Of a stretch of 64,000 nt of DNA, positions 11,261-24,085 are shown piece after piece. Below the pieces are notes generated by a model. It had not been told where the DNA came from, did not search any database, and saw only the letters and a list, made by a program, of their open reading frames with translations. Source of the DNA: Phoronis australis (lineage: Eukaryota > Animalia > Phoronida); contig NMRA01000335.1 in NCBI GenBank assembly GCA_002633005.1, positions 372,001 through 436,000 of the forward strand. The letters run 5' to 3'. A program made the position numbers and the translations under genes. Numbering within the stretch: the stretch's first letter is position 1; the number at the start of each line of letters is the position of its first letter.

Positions 11261-13966
11261 AGAGTCGACAACACAAGCCTGGATGAAAATGTATTGCACA
11301 AATGCTTTACGTACACCAAAAACAAGGAACTCCAAATGTACACTGCATAACTGTGCTATTTCACAGGGTCTGCTCCAAATGTACACAGCATAACTGCTAT
11401 TTCATAGGGTCTAAAACAGAGATTGCCATCTCAAAACAGTATCCAAAATATGAGCAACTTCTTTTCTTGTCGAAATTGGGCAAAATTTTGGAGCATTTAC
11501 TCATTGATTCACAGCCAATGACCTCGTCCTACTTTTTGCCATAACATTTAAGAAAACTACTGAACAGTATAGTAGTTTTTAAAAAATGTTTCATGACTGC
11601 TAAGCTGACACTCGGATGTTTCAAAGACTACACCTAGTAACTATAGGATATGGTGTCACTATGGTAACTACTCAAACACAGCAGTATTGTCCTCACTAGG
11701 GAATCTACAATAAAAGATGAAAGTAATCAGCAAAATAATGTTTACCCCATTATGCCAGCTAATTCTGTTAACAACAAACATTACTGGTAATGATTAAAGA
11801 ATGGCTCAGTCTCCTTAACTTGCTCGTTAATTCTTGTTCACAATCGATCACGAGGGAAGAAAACTCTGGCGATGAATTTGGCTTCAAGCCATCATGACTG
11901 ACAACTCCAGTTCATTCTGTCCCATTGCTTTTGGATTGTACTGTGTGTACGCCCAAAATGAAGTAATAAATTACAGGCTCCATGATGTATACAACCACAA
12001 GAGAGCAATGGATGAAATTCCGGCACTCGCAGTACTAACACTATTGGAACTCCCATGTCACTCAACAGCTTTCACTTATACTAAACAAATTAGCTGGGCC
12101 TGACTGACAACTCCATCAGTAAACATGCCTAGAATACTCACAAATCTATGGGTACCACATGTTGACAAAACATTTTTTCGGAATCACCAGGTTAACACGA
12201 TTTCCTGAAGTTAAAAACTAAATCAAATTGGACTCGCCTGCATATTCACTACCTTGAACAGCATGCTTCAACGCAGACACTAGCAAGGCAGATGCATGTT
12301 CTGAGCATACAACCACACCCATTAGGCCCCACAAGAGCCGACGGTTTTCCACTGGCTTGTCAACCAAATGTTTTTGAGGAAATTTGCACCGTTTTATCTC
12401 CACAAGTGTAACAAGAAAATCATCCTGTGTTCTATTCTTGTGAACTTCACAGTTCCAAAATAGAGAAATCTGACATTAAATGCCAAACGCCACTTTAAAA
12501 TCAGACGATTCAATTTTGAACGTCATTTGGGCATGCCCCTCGATCCCATTCAGTAGACAAATTATTACCATTCGACACCTAGTCATTGAGACATGCAGCA
12601 AGTTCTGGCGACCAAACACCATTCCGTGCATGCACACAGTATGAGACAGCTGACGCAATTAACACTGGGCTCATGGCACCACCAGAGGTCAGGACTGTTG
12701 TCAAAAACACAGAATTGTGGGTACTGAATATACTGCATATAGACTACGCAGAAACAATCCATTTCACACACTGTCTTTAGGTTCACTGAGCATTATGACT
12801 AATAAAAGGTACGAACTTCGATTTGCAAGATTGACGCCAAATTGTGTTCTATAAGGTTTTTACTCTGCGACTCCAAGTACTTAATATTTATATACAATTA
12901 CGGAACCAACTGCCTACATCACAACAGATGAATCGTTGAAGATGACACCATTTTCCGAATCTGTTCAACAACAGTTTCATTCCAGTCCACTATTGCCCCT
13001 AGTGACAGCATTACAAAGCAGTGTGTGCATCATGAATAAGTAGCGATATCTCCAAGCAGCTTACAAATAAACTGCGTTTGGAAACGCAAACATCTAAACG
13101 CTTCAGCACCACCTAGTGGATGAACTTCCAGTCTACTATGTCTGTGGAATTCATGAGAGACCCTGCCATTGCCATAAGAATATATACAAGTTCCCAGTAA
13201 CCACAGGGAAGAGACAATAGTTTGTGAAATCTATTCAGCAAATGTAAATCACTGACTTAGGGAGGAGGAAACAAGCTAGTGGCCGAACTTTTAACAATTC
13301 TACCCAGATACCATACATTTAAAGTATTCGGATAAAATGACCCACAATTCCCTGTCATGACTGCTGGGCAAAAGCTGAATTCATCGTCAGAATACCTCTC
13401 CCTCAGGATGAGAATTATGGGAAGTTGACAGGAAAGTCAGAACGGTGGCTAAGCCATTCTGTAATTAGAATTTTGCAACCTTAACAGTAATTTTGCTACG
13501 CACATAACTGGCCAACATGACAGGGGAGACAATACATTTCCTGATTAATTTTGGCCTGTACTCTACAATAGGATTGGAAAGAAACAGTAGTCAAGAGCCT
13601 GGAAAACAGGTTTACTGCACCAGGGTATGGTGACTCACAGCTGATTGACAACAGTAGTCACATGTACTGTCACATAGTTTCCTCCATCCGTGATTAGCGC
13701 AAATTTGTGAACTTTTGGAATATGGAAGACTGCTTTAGCATCGACATCACAGTTCACATCACGCATGCAAAGTCATGAGATTTACAATCAACATTAGTTT
13801 ACCATTTTAACAGAATAATTTACACTAAAGCGCACAAGCAAATCTAAATAAAATCATTGAGACATTTGTTCACTCTAAATAAATACATTGGATAAAACAT
13901 GATATAAGATGCAAAATATGGATACAATCATGTTCCCCATGATAACAGACCTTCAATAAACAGTTC

Positions 13967-16023
13967 TCACTTATTCATCTCATTAAATGACGCTCTATTT
14001 TCTCTCAGTTTGGGAGGTTCCGACTTCAGTGCTTCGGATTTCACGAAATCAATTTGAGAGTATGTGAGCGGGGAATCCGGTTCGCCGGATTCAGACAGCA
14101 ATTTCCGAGGAGATTTGGGCGGCAATGAGGTACTCTCACTCAAGTCCAGAGAAGCATAGTTCAGAGCACAATCTGGTTCTAAAGTTGAGCTACTTGTCCC
14201 CGACGAATGACGAGAACCGGTAGACTGGCTAGGAGAGGGTAGTGACTCTGTAATACTTTTACGACTTCGTGGCATCGATGACTCTCCATCGGATAAATGA
14301 CTGGAACTGCTCCGACGAGGAATCGAGACAGACAAGGAAGAAAGAGGTGTGGCACCTACAACCGGTTTCTCAGATTTAGAGTTCAACTTTCCACTCGATG
14401 GAGTGACCTCAACTGTCATCAATGAATAATCGCTAAAACTGGCTTTCTCACAAGACACTAGCTTTTCTGCACCATTTTTTCGAGCAGATTTCTTGGATGA
14501 GGAAACCTTTTTCGGGTGCTGCGTCTTGACAGGGTCTGCCGGCTCATTTCTTATGTATGCCACCACTTTCTGAGGTTCAGTTTTCATTGTAGATGGTGCT
14601 GGTGAAACCTCCACCCCAGGGGTAAATGACATATACGAATCTACCAAAGGAGACGAGGTCAAGGTCGAGGTCTTAAGGGGTAGTGCAGGTGACGAGGCCT
14701 TCGGGGGAGGGCTAGGCGATGGGACCTTAGGAGATGGGGTACGTGACGGACCCTTGAGCAGTGGAGCAGGTGACAAGTGACCAGGCTTTTCATTGGAGGA
14801 TTTAACACTAGCGGAAGAAGTGGTCTTCCTTCCCTTGGCTGGTGCACTTGCACTCTGTTTAGAGATATGGTCTGGGCTCTTTCTCACCGAGTCTTTCTTC
14901 ACATCATACGTTATAGGCATGTAGGAGTCTGGAATCTCCGAATACTGTCGCGCCTCTACAGGTTTAACTTCATTCTTCCCCTCGTAACTTAGACTCATGT
15001 AAGCTCCACTCTCATCCGTCTCCGAACTCTGACTCAGTGACCCGCGGCCATTTGAGTCTCTCTGGTCCTTAGGTGTACTCTGACCGGGGTTGGGGCTTGG
15101 ACACAGATCACTATGGGATGAATGGCAGCCTGAGGTACTACTGTCCGAGTCAGATGAGGCTGCGGATGTAAGTTTAAAAACTGGAACTTTACGACCAGCC
15201 ACTCCGATGGACGATCGCCGGCCCTGACTTAACTCTGTTGGGTTCATCTCCATGTAGCTGCTGAAAGCCGTATGCGATGGACTAAGGGAGACGTCCATAG
15301 ACGCTTGTTTGACACCGCCCACTGGAGGATTCATAGGAACATAGTCGCCTGTTTTAGACGAGGGTAATCCAGTCTTTTCATTTTTAACCCCCAGACTCAT
15401 GGACATGTAATCACTGCCCTGTCTCAATGGTTGCGAGCCAGATCGAACATGGTGAAAATTCATATCCATGTAGCCATCTTTGGTCAACGACTCCGAAGAC
15501 CTCTTAGAGTCCAAAGATTTCAACGACTCGCTCGATGAGCGACTACCATTCCGTTTGAGCGACATCTGGTGCTTGTCTAAAGCTGACCATTTTTCACGGC
15601 CCTTCTGCCCGTGACTTGCTGCTCTTGGGCGGTGGTGTTGCGTCCATGACGACGTGCGAGGCCGGTACCCGACGTCACTTCCCGTGCGACGACGGAACTC
15701 CATCTCCATTAAGTTTTCCTGCACATTGTCCAGACTAGACAAGAGAGGCGCAGCGCTCATCGCCTGTGGTATTAGATGAGGTGCACTACAACTTTTCACA
15801 GTATCCAACATGCCTTGCTTAGCGATGGCTTCCATGAAGGGTTTGTTCTTTAGAGACAGTTTGCTGCTCGGCCGACTGCCGACAGAGTTGTGCCGTTTGG
15901 GCATGAGGCTATCATTGTCTATGAGATAACTATGCACCCTGTTTGGTCGTAGCCCCGAGGAGCCAGGTTGGGGACTGGTGCCATACAGTGATGATGAGTT
16001 GTTGGGCCTCATGTCCATATAAC
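13967..16023 (-). CDS. IRS: IRS terminal coding exon 9 (Ser/Pro-rich tail)
   Basis: 683-aa ORF preceded by a tttcAG acceptor. Contains YMDM twice, YMSM, YVPM, YMEM and YSLM, plus C-terminal LNYASLDL and LTYSQIDF (SHP2-type sites). The nine exons sum to 3330 nt in frame. Confidence 0.93.
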
Positions 16024-16526
16024 CTGAAACAGTGAATCAGACCTATAGCACTACATTAGCTGATAAGGAATGAATGACTATTAACTGAGACAGAGAAAAA
16101 GACTGAAATGGCTGTTTTACGAAGTATCCATAATGCACACAGATTAGGGATTACTATAAAACCGCATTCCACAACAAAAAACAACTTTGGATTTCGACCG
16201 TTCATTGACGTGAAATTGGCCTCCACTTGCTCCTTACTTAGATGAGAAGTGCTTTTTGAGTTATCCAAAAATTGACAGTTCATTATTCAGGTGCATAAAA
16301 TGACACGCTGTGACAAGCCAACTTGTCAGGTCTGGTTTCAAACAATAACAAACTGCAAGAGTTTATTTGAATCCCTGAAGTCACCTCCAGTTTGATTAAG
16401 GAACAGTTTGAGGTCAAATTCGTAACGTCAAGTTCGGGTGTAACTTATTTTTTTCAAAAGAAAGCAAGTTAACTGCTTTACAGTAAGGAAACATTATCTT
16501 CCATAAAAAGACTCAAGTCACATGGT

Positions 16527-16660
16527 AGTTGCATACTGCTCTACAAATGACATGGTCTTCACTAAAGTTGCATACTGCCCTACAAATGACATGGTCTTCA
16601 CTATAGTTGCATACTGCTCTACAAATCACATGGTCTTCACTAAAGTTGCATTTTGCCCTA
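16527..16660. repeat. Minisatellite, about 3.5 x 39 bp
   Basis: Unit agttgcatactgcyctacaaatgacatggtcttcactaa. Confidence 0.9.
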
Positions 16661-17046
16661 AATAAAAAGGCTACCAGACTGTTGCCATAAAAGACTTAAC
16701 ATCCTAACTTAACACGATTCCACTTTAGACACACACACAGATCACTGCCTGTTTCTGCATTCCATTCACTTAGCTGTGGTTTACGGTCATCTATTTCCGA
16801 TCCTAAATTTGAGACATACTTCACTAGGAAGACCCCTCAAAGCACCTTTTATTACAACTCATCCAGCATTCGTAGACGCAGCATTACCAAGACAACTGAT
16901 TCGCCTGTTATCTCTAGTTTGGTCCAGACCAACACACTACCAGTCGTCTGCCATTTACAACCCACAATCCAAAGTAATCAAGACAATGATGAGTGCTGGA
17001 GCCTCAGCAACACTGACTNAATGACTAGTATACCACACAGACTTAC

Positions 17047-17172
17047 TCGTTTTCTCCTGGACTGTGGGTAGTTGGTAAGATACAGGTGCCATATCCAAGT
17101 AGGAGCTGTCCTCGCTTTTGTTGGACACGGCAGGAGATGACGATATAGGGGTCATGGACATGTACGGGTCAT
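17047..17172 (-). CDS. IRS: IRS exon 8
   Basis: tgcAG acceptor, GTAAGT donor. 126 nt, phase 1->1. Contains YMSM and YLDM. Confidence 0.85.
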
Positions 17173-18148
17173 CTGCAACGGGGAAACTGCGTCATCAACA
17201 ACTAACGGCCTAAATACGAGTTTCTCAACTGAGCAGGAAAAGAAGAACAAAATCACCATCTTACTACATAACCCTACCTAAGGTTACGTACAAATCTGTG
17301 TAGTTGGCTAATTTATTAGTAAAAAATATACATTTTCTTAAAGGAGAAACTCTGTAGCATTTAATCATTTACTTTTTATCAAACTATCATGACCATGTTG
17401 TTTTTTGTAAGATTTAGCAAAAAGAAAGGTACTTTGAAAGCAAAAGCACAGTATCATTAACATGACCAAATTTCCTTTGACACAATGAAATCTCAAAAAG
17501 CGTTACAGTTTTCTAAATTACCTTTCATTTTCATTTTGTATGCAATATTTATATGTTTTCAACATGATGGGAATCCTATCCTTTGATAGCTTGTCAGGGA
17601 TATTTCAAAAACAATTCCTAAGCATTATTGAGAACCACGCATAAACCACAGTACCAGCAAGTTCTGTATGAATACTATCAGCCGTTTCAGAGCTACGGTG
17701 TTTTGAACTTAGCCCGACTTGACCATTTTGCTAGGGTCCTACATAATCGTGAGGTTCATAACCTAGCACAGAGAAAACCAGCATGACTTGTCACAAACCT
17801 CAGGCGGACTCTTGCTGGGCAATATCAGGTTGTCATCATGACGTCAACAAATGTGAAGCAAAAAGCCAACTTGATTCACATTTCACAAAAAGTCTCTTAA
17901 CAGGGCTTCGAGGTCACATGCACCTTTTAATTCAAGTTCTGAAAACCTTAGTGAAATTTTCTGCTAAGTGTATATGAAAGTAAAGAAAAAGGTGGTTTCT
18001 AGACACATCTTGTCAACTACGCCCTCCAAAGGTGATTTTATGTTTATATCAACAAGTAAGTTAACCTACTCCAGCTGTAAAAGAGAAATTTTAGTAATCG
18101 TTTTTATCCAAAATTGGTGAGATATTACTGTAAGCAGTTAATTCTTAC

Positions 18149-18312
18149 CACCACCAACAGAGGGACTCGACACAGAAGCTAAAGGTGACATTTCCAGGTA
18201 GCTACTGGTTATGTTGGCGACATCCATTTCAACGTAAGGTGATTGGTCATCCTGTTTTGAAGGAATCATGATTGGAGTAGATGGGTACCCAGCATGCTCT
18301 GGCGTCCTTGTC
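18149..18312 (-). CDS. IRS: IRS exon 7
   Basis: tgcAG acceptor, GTAAGA donor. 164 nt, phase 2->1. Contains YVEM and YLEM. Confidence 0.85.
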
Positions 18313-18953
18313 CTGCACAGAAATACAAAAAGCTGAAGGCCAATCAAAGATCGGAGATATTGAAATAGCAGTTTATTGTTTTAAATGAGACCTACTCTTC
18401 TGAAAATGCCAGAGGCAAGTTTTGAGCTTCAAAAGTATAGGAGGGTCCACTTCTGAGGTCCAAAACTGAATTTCTGTTTAATTTGTTCTTTTAAGAAGAA
18501 TAAGTCACTTAACATTGAATAAGCTGTTTTAACTTTAATTTTCAAAATTATATTGCTCAATAAAAATAATCAGATAATTATTAGCAATTATACACTACGT
18601 TTAACTTAATTTCCAACTGCATTTAACTAAAAAATTTCTTCATCTATGGTACAAGGAAGCATTTTGTGGCCTTTGCCGACTTACTAAAAATGCCGCATTA
18701 CCAAAAGAAACCCTCCAATGTTTTACAATGAGAAAAACCATCAGCCAACGCTACTAGGGGGAGCTGCTACTAGGAAAGCTGCTACTAGGGGGAGCTGTTG
18801 CTTCCCAGGAAGAGGAGTCCATCTGCCAAGCCAGAAAACCTTGCCCACCCGAAAATTCACAAGCATAGTCTTACATCTTCAATTCAGTTCACCAAATCAA
18901 CTGGCCTCTGGATCATATGGCCTATGGATGAATCAAACAAACCATGCACTAAC

Positions 18954-19088
18954 CTGGGTGGCCCTATTTTTGGACTCTGCTCGCATTCCGTGTCCGTACT
19001 AAGACTGCTAGTGGTACCTCGAGAGTCGACGCTATCTGAACGGGTGCGGAACTCATCGCTGGCGTTGGTCGGCAACAAAGCAGAAACA
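18954..19088 (-). CDS. IRS: IRS exon 6
   Basis: ttacAG acceptor, GTTAGT donor. 135 nt, phase 2->2. Reads FRTRSDSVDSRGTTSS, resembling the IRS R.RSxS region. Confidence 0.8.
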
Positions 19089-19173
19089 CTGTAATGAAAA
19101 ATGTAAGAATCTGTTAACCGAGTTTATAACAATGTGTGCCAGAACATTTACCTAGAAAAATGCAAAAAGCCCG

Positions 19174-19712
19174 AGCCCTGTTCCAATAAAAATGTCTTAG
19201 CCATGACAAAGTTTAAACGTAAGACAAATCTGACAAGTCCATTCTCAGAAAGTGGTGTTCAGTTCGTCTTGAAGTGTCACTTAAGATTTGTCTTATGTCC
19301 GTCTCCGAAAGACAGAAGTGGAAGTCTCCATGGTTGGAGGCCAAATTAAACCACTTTCACGATAGACAACAAAATAAACAATAGCTTGTCAAGAGACTTT
19401 GAGAATAAGAAGCGTTAGACAAGTGAAGATTTCCGCCACGTAGCTACATTGAGCACTGTTTTGGACTTATTAGAAACTAAAGTCCCATAAATTTCAACGG
19501 TGGCCATTTTGAAAATGTTAAGTTCGGCTTAAGACAAAATATTAAGTGTTCGCTATCTCAAAATTAAGACAGAAACTTAAGACACTTTAGTTCAGATGTT
19601 TTATTGTTTAAAGAAAATCATAACCATACCACAAGACTAAAGTCAAAGCTTTGGACAAATCTTGGAAATTATAACAAAAAATGATCTTAAGTCAGTTTCT
19701 TGGAATGGGCCC
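19174..19712. mobile_element. Longer copy of the same MITE family, in IRS intron 5
   Basis: Ends agccctgttccaataaaaatgtcttagccatgacaaa and cttaagtcagtttcttggaatgggccc match the termini of 530-767 in inverted orientation. Flanks are CCG and CTG. Confidence 0.65.
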
Positions 19713-20163
19713 CTGAATTTGAGTAGCTGGAACTGTCAGTCAACACTAATAAATAGTTTGACATGGTATGAATCTTCTTCACTCTGAACTTTGGGACAAA
19801 GGCGATTTCGGTGTTCATCATATTTCTCAAAGTATGGGCAATGTGTTTTCAATCTACAGAGTGGTTAATTTTGACATCTTTCCGGCGATCCATAAATTCT
19901 GGATGGCCAACATTGCATATTTCCGGAATTTGAGAAAAAGCTCCAACATTGGGCAAAAAATTAATATTTTACCGACCTAAATTGGAGAATGGTTTACCGT
20001 ACAAAACACTATGGAAACGTCTGGCAGTATTATCGTCAGATATGCTGATCCACTGCTCAATTGTAGGAATGACAGGAAGCAAAAGATAGGTTTTCACAGC
20101 TACTGAACCAATTTAACAGTGTGTGACTTTTAATCTACCATGAGAGAGATCCAGCGAGCTTAC

Positions 20164-20334
20164 CTACGAGGGGTGCTCACTGGAGACCTACTGCCGGGAC
20201 GCATCAGCTCACCGCTGGGATGAGGGTTACAAGGTTTACTTTCGCTATAGGTGCGAGGCCTGCTTCTGCGACCATGGGTACTACTCCGCTGTCGCATTGG
20301 GGGTGGTGCCTCTGATGCCAAGTTTTGGAGTGCA
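20164..20334 (-). CDS. IRS: IRS exon 5
   Basis: tttcAG acceptor, GTAAGC donor. 171 nt, phase 2->2. Reads ALQNLASEAPPPMRQRSSTHGRRSRPRTYSES... with RxRxxS/T motifs. Confidence 0.85.
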
Positions 20335-21012
20335 CTGAAATATGAAAACCATTTTGTAACGCAACAGGAATATTGAACCCATACTTTGGCTATTAACAGA
20401 TATTAATGCGACTTAACACTCAAATCTTTGCAACAAATAATACTTTGTGGACCTTTGTCAATCCCTAAAGTTTTGATTTAAGTTCGACAATTGTTAACAA
20501 AAGCTGCTAAATCAGAAATGATGAGTAGCGCTTCAAGTGATTGACTGGGCAAAGGATGCGCATCTCCAACCAGTGAATCCATTTTCCAACGCACTGATGA
20601 CAGAGTTTTGGCTGAAAAATGCTTTCTTTCATCTTGCCAGGGAAGTACTTATACTCACGCAACAATTAATGATGGATTAAAGCTGGTTTCACTAAAATTG
20701 CCAAAACAATGTTTAGTACCCTTTTAACTAAAGCCTCAGTACACATTAACTCTTCTCTTATTCAGCGCATAATATGGCCAACAAGTGAAATTCCATTTTG
20801 TCAAAATTTATTCTCAAAAACAAAGATTAAGAGAACTTAAGTCTATTTTTCGCATGGTTTGCAGTGCGTAGATGTCACGAAACAATTTTTGATTATTTTT
20901 CCACAATTTGTAGCACAGAAATCAGCCTTTGGAAAATAGAAAATGACAATTTTGGCGATTATTTTTGTGCAAAATGAGTGGAAACTTAGTGTATCTCGAG
21001 CACAATGTGAAT

Positions 21013-21235
21013 TGTGTTTCTCACATGTACAACATTACTCAGTAGACAATAGTGTGTGTTTCTCACATGTACAACATTACTCACTAGACAATAGTGTGTG
21101 TTTCTCACATGTACAACATTACCAGTAGACAATAGTGTGTGTTTCACACATGTACAACATTACTCACTAGACAATAGTGTGTGTTTCTTACATGTACAAC
21201 ATTACTCAGTAGACAATAGTGTGTGTTTCTCACAT
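21013..21235. repeat. Minisatellite, about 5.3 x 42 bp
   Basis: Unit tgtgtttctcacatgtacaacattactcagtagacaatagtg. Confidence 0.93.
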
Positions 21236-21250
21236 ATGAGCATTACTTAC

Positions 21251-21393
21251 CTGACTAGAGTCTCGTGGACGTTCTGCGCGATGACCGCATCCTCAACGTG
21301 CATCCACAGTTCACCTGGGCCTGTACATGTGTGTCGGCCGACATCTAAGTAACAGAAGCAGTCTGTGTGCCCGTAACGTCGAACTGCTTGCAA
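21251..21393 (-). CDS. IRS: IRS exon 4 (PTB domain, C-terminal half)
   Basis: Reads LQAVRRYGHTDCFCYLDVGRHTCTGPGELWMHVEDAVIAQNVHETLV (IRS pattern RRCGH..VGR..TGPGExWM..AQNxHET). AG acceptor, GTAAGT donor. 143 nt. Confidence 0.95.
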
Positions 21394-22011
21394 CTGTTAG
21401 AACATAAAAGGAACCATTTTCACAGCTAATTTTGAAGACTAGAGGCAAGAAAACTTGAAGAACATAATGTAACGCTAATGAAGCAATAAACACAATTTTC
21501 TACTAGACCAGAGAACAGGAAATGCACACAATTACCTGAGAGTATTTTCCTAGAAGGACTATTGTTTCGCTATCACTATTTAATAATTAATCCTTCGTTT
21601 AACACTTCGTAAACAACAGGCTATAAGTTTTACAACTCATGCACCCAGCTAATCTCATCACAGGGGAATTCCTTACAACTTAACAACAACTAATCACGCA
21701 AGGCCAACGATCCACAGCCACCTGGCTGTACAGACAGCAGCTTCTACAGCTTCAGAAGGGAACACTTATCGAAACAACATTTCTACTAACTTTCCTGAAA
21801 CACATGACAAATGGTTACTTTCACATTATTTTTGGTGTACGAGAACATAATATTTTAAAAAGGTGGAGTACCACTCATCAGCCAGAGGACCTTAGACATA
21901 CGGAACCAGTCACCGTGTCTTTGAAAAGACTCCGATCACCTCCCTGTGGCCAGGCTTGTTCACAACTTTTTAGAGAGCAAGTTCACAATCCACAAACACT
22001 GCCAAACTCAC

Positions 22012-22160
22012 CTGATATAAATAAGTGGGCACCTCATTGTCTACTTTAAATTGACCAATCAGTTCCACCGTCTTATCTGTCAAACATAGTCTGTAGGGTC
22101 CTAGGCTTACTTTGCTGCCTCCCAGACCCTTTTCTTTCACGTCCACCTGCCAGACATGCT
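22012..22160 (-). CDS. IRS: IRS exon 3 (IRS-type PTB domain, N-terminal half)
   Basis: Reads EHVWQVDVKEKGLGGSKVSLGPYRLCLTDKTVELIG..., matching IRS PTB VWQVxxKxKGLG..YRLCLT. AG acceptor, GTGAGT donor. 149 nt, phase 1->0. Confidence 0.93.
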
Positions 22161-23769
22161 CTACAAGAAAAGACAGGCATTGTTTTGTCTTTACATTTGA
22201 GTTACGAAATAGTAAAACAAACTAATATCACTAACGTGGTACCAGTTTATAGTCTATGCTACACATCTCGTGTAGTCAACTGGAACGTCAGTTACATACT
22301 CATTTCCTGTGCTAAGGTTACGTAAAGCTTTCCAGTGAGGAGTAATTTAGTCGTATTCATGAATCTATTTAATATCTACTAGTTCCATGTTATTTTCATA
22401 ATTTGAGAAGATGTGGTCACGTGATTCAATCAATGGAAGATTGGTATTAAGACAAAATCAATTTCTATCTAGCTTTCAATTTTCAGAAAATAAAGACTTG
22501 TGCTGTATACAGTATTAAATTTTAGTTTAGTAGATATTTAGATGAATGCGCCGACTCGTATTGTCCTTCAGAACATTAGATACAACAAAGTTTGCAATTT
22601 TGTTAAAAGTGCCTCCCTATCAAGTTGTCTGTCTCCCATTCCTAAATTGAAACTGAAGCACAAAATCAGAGCAGAGCTCGATATAAGCGAGTAAACGTAT
22701 GTACGAGTAGAGAATTGACCTCACTGATATCAGTTGTGCGTTGAGCCGAAGGAGTTTTTTATGACGAACATCCGGCCGTACACCCGGGGATCATGTTTGG
22801 TGTTCTCCACGAAGTGTTTTGAGATATGACAGAGTCAAAGTGCAAAGGATTTTCCGTTACTGTAAAGCTAGTTGTTGACGCGAAAGTTAAAACGGTGCTC
22901 TTTAACCAACATGCGTGTTCAAGTAGTAAATACGCAATTTGAAAAAGAAAACACACATTGAAAAAAATACCTGCCAAAATTCAAGTCGTAGAACATGCAA
23001 ACAATAAAAATCTTAGCGCAAACTCCCTCCATTTGTATGCATTGTTCAAACGTTATCAACTCCGGTCAAAAAACTTCCACAAGGCATTGTATGCCAAAGC
23101 CACATGACGTATTGATGCGCAAGAATGAAGCAGTGCAAACTTCACAAGAAAAAAACCACATGCCTAATTGCGATTACGTATTCAAGAACTAATTTTGCAT
23201 GAAATAAAAAGCATTGAAATACTTCCATTCAGTGCAGAATTCCATTATTGGCAATTCAAGTTTGCTGCTTTGGCACTGATTAGGTGCCACAGACATGGAA
23301 AAAATAGTTCAGCCACAAATGTCATGTGTACAGCATCAGTTAATTCGGCTTGCTATGTGAACGATTTGGCTCTTAAATGTGAGGGAACAGAATGACTCAT
23401 TTAAGAGTAAAATTTGCCGCCTAGTATGAGACTGCGTGGTAGACTTAAAATATGGTGACAATTTCAAAAACTCCACCATCGTTAAATACGCTGTAGACAG
23501 TAACATGAAGACTTCCCCTGTGACCAGCGCTCCGGTAGACTATGAATTACGAGTCAAAAGGCTGAAAATACAAGAGGAAAAAGAAAAAAATACAAGCAGA
23601 AAATTGCCTCACTCATACGGGTCATGAGCCAACGTCCGACATTTTTTTTTCAAGCTCAAATCTGGAAATATGAGTGGAAAATGTGTGGTCACTCGTATTT
23701 TCCAACGGACATTTTCTTTCGAGCAGACATTTTTAGCTGTCGAGTGCTACAGAGGTTGAAAAATCATAC

Positions 23770-24085
23770 CAAACTGTGGTTTTGGCTGCTCCCCGTCTTC
23801 ACAGCCAGTGTACTGCTGCAACAGTGTAGTCAGCCACGACTCCTGATCCGCCTCTGACTCTGTCACTAGCTGTAGACAGTCAGTGTCGGTGAATAAGGCT
23901 ATCACGTGCTTGTGCTTGGGATAAGATGTCACCCTGTTGATGTTGAAGCAGTTTTTCAACACCAGCGGAGGCTTGTTGGGCTCGGCTCTGTTGAGGAACT
24001 TCTTCTCCGAGTCGAAGTAGACGAGTTTTGACACGTCTGCAGCCTCTGTGTCTTTAAATATTACAACGTACCGCTTGCTCAGACT
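23770..24085 (-). CDS. IRS: IRS exon 2 (PH domain)
   Basis: ttctAG acceptor. Reads SLSKRYVVIFKD...LVYFDSEKKF...LKNCFNINR...KHVIALFT...ESEADQESWL. GTATGA donor. 316 nt, phase 0->1. Confidence 0.93.

Noticed and set aside
14659-14992. Alternative-frame and antisense ORFs overlapping IRS exon 9
   Set aside because: They are short by-products of GC-richer coding sequence with no recognisable motifs.
2594-21235. Tandem arrays (115, 34, 39 and 42 bp units) as CRISPR arrays
   Set aside because: The units are contiguous with no unique spacers, there are no cas genes, and the context is eukaryotic.
21536-21580. Extra IRS PTB exon (NSDSETIVLLGKYSQ)
   Set aside because: There is an upstream in-frame stop and no usable acceptor. 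Exon 3 already supplies this part of the domain.
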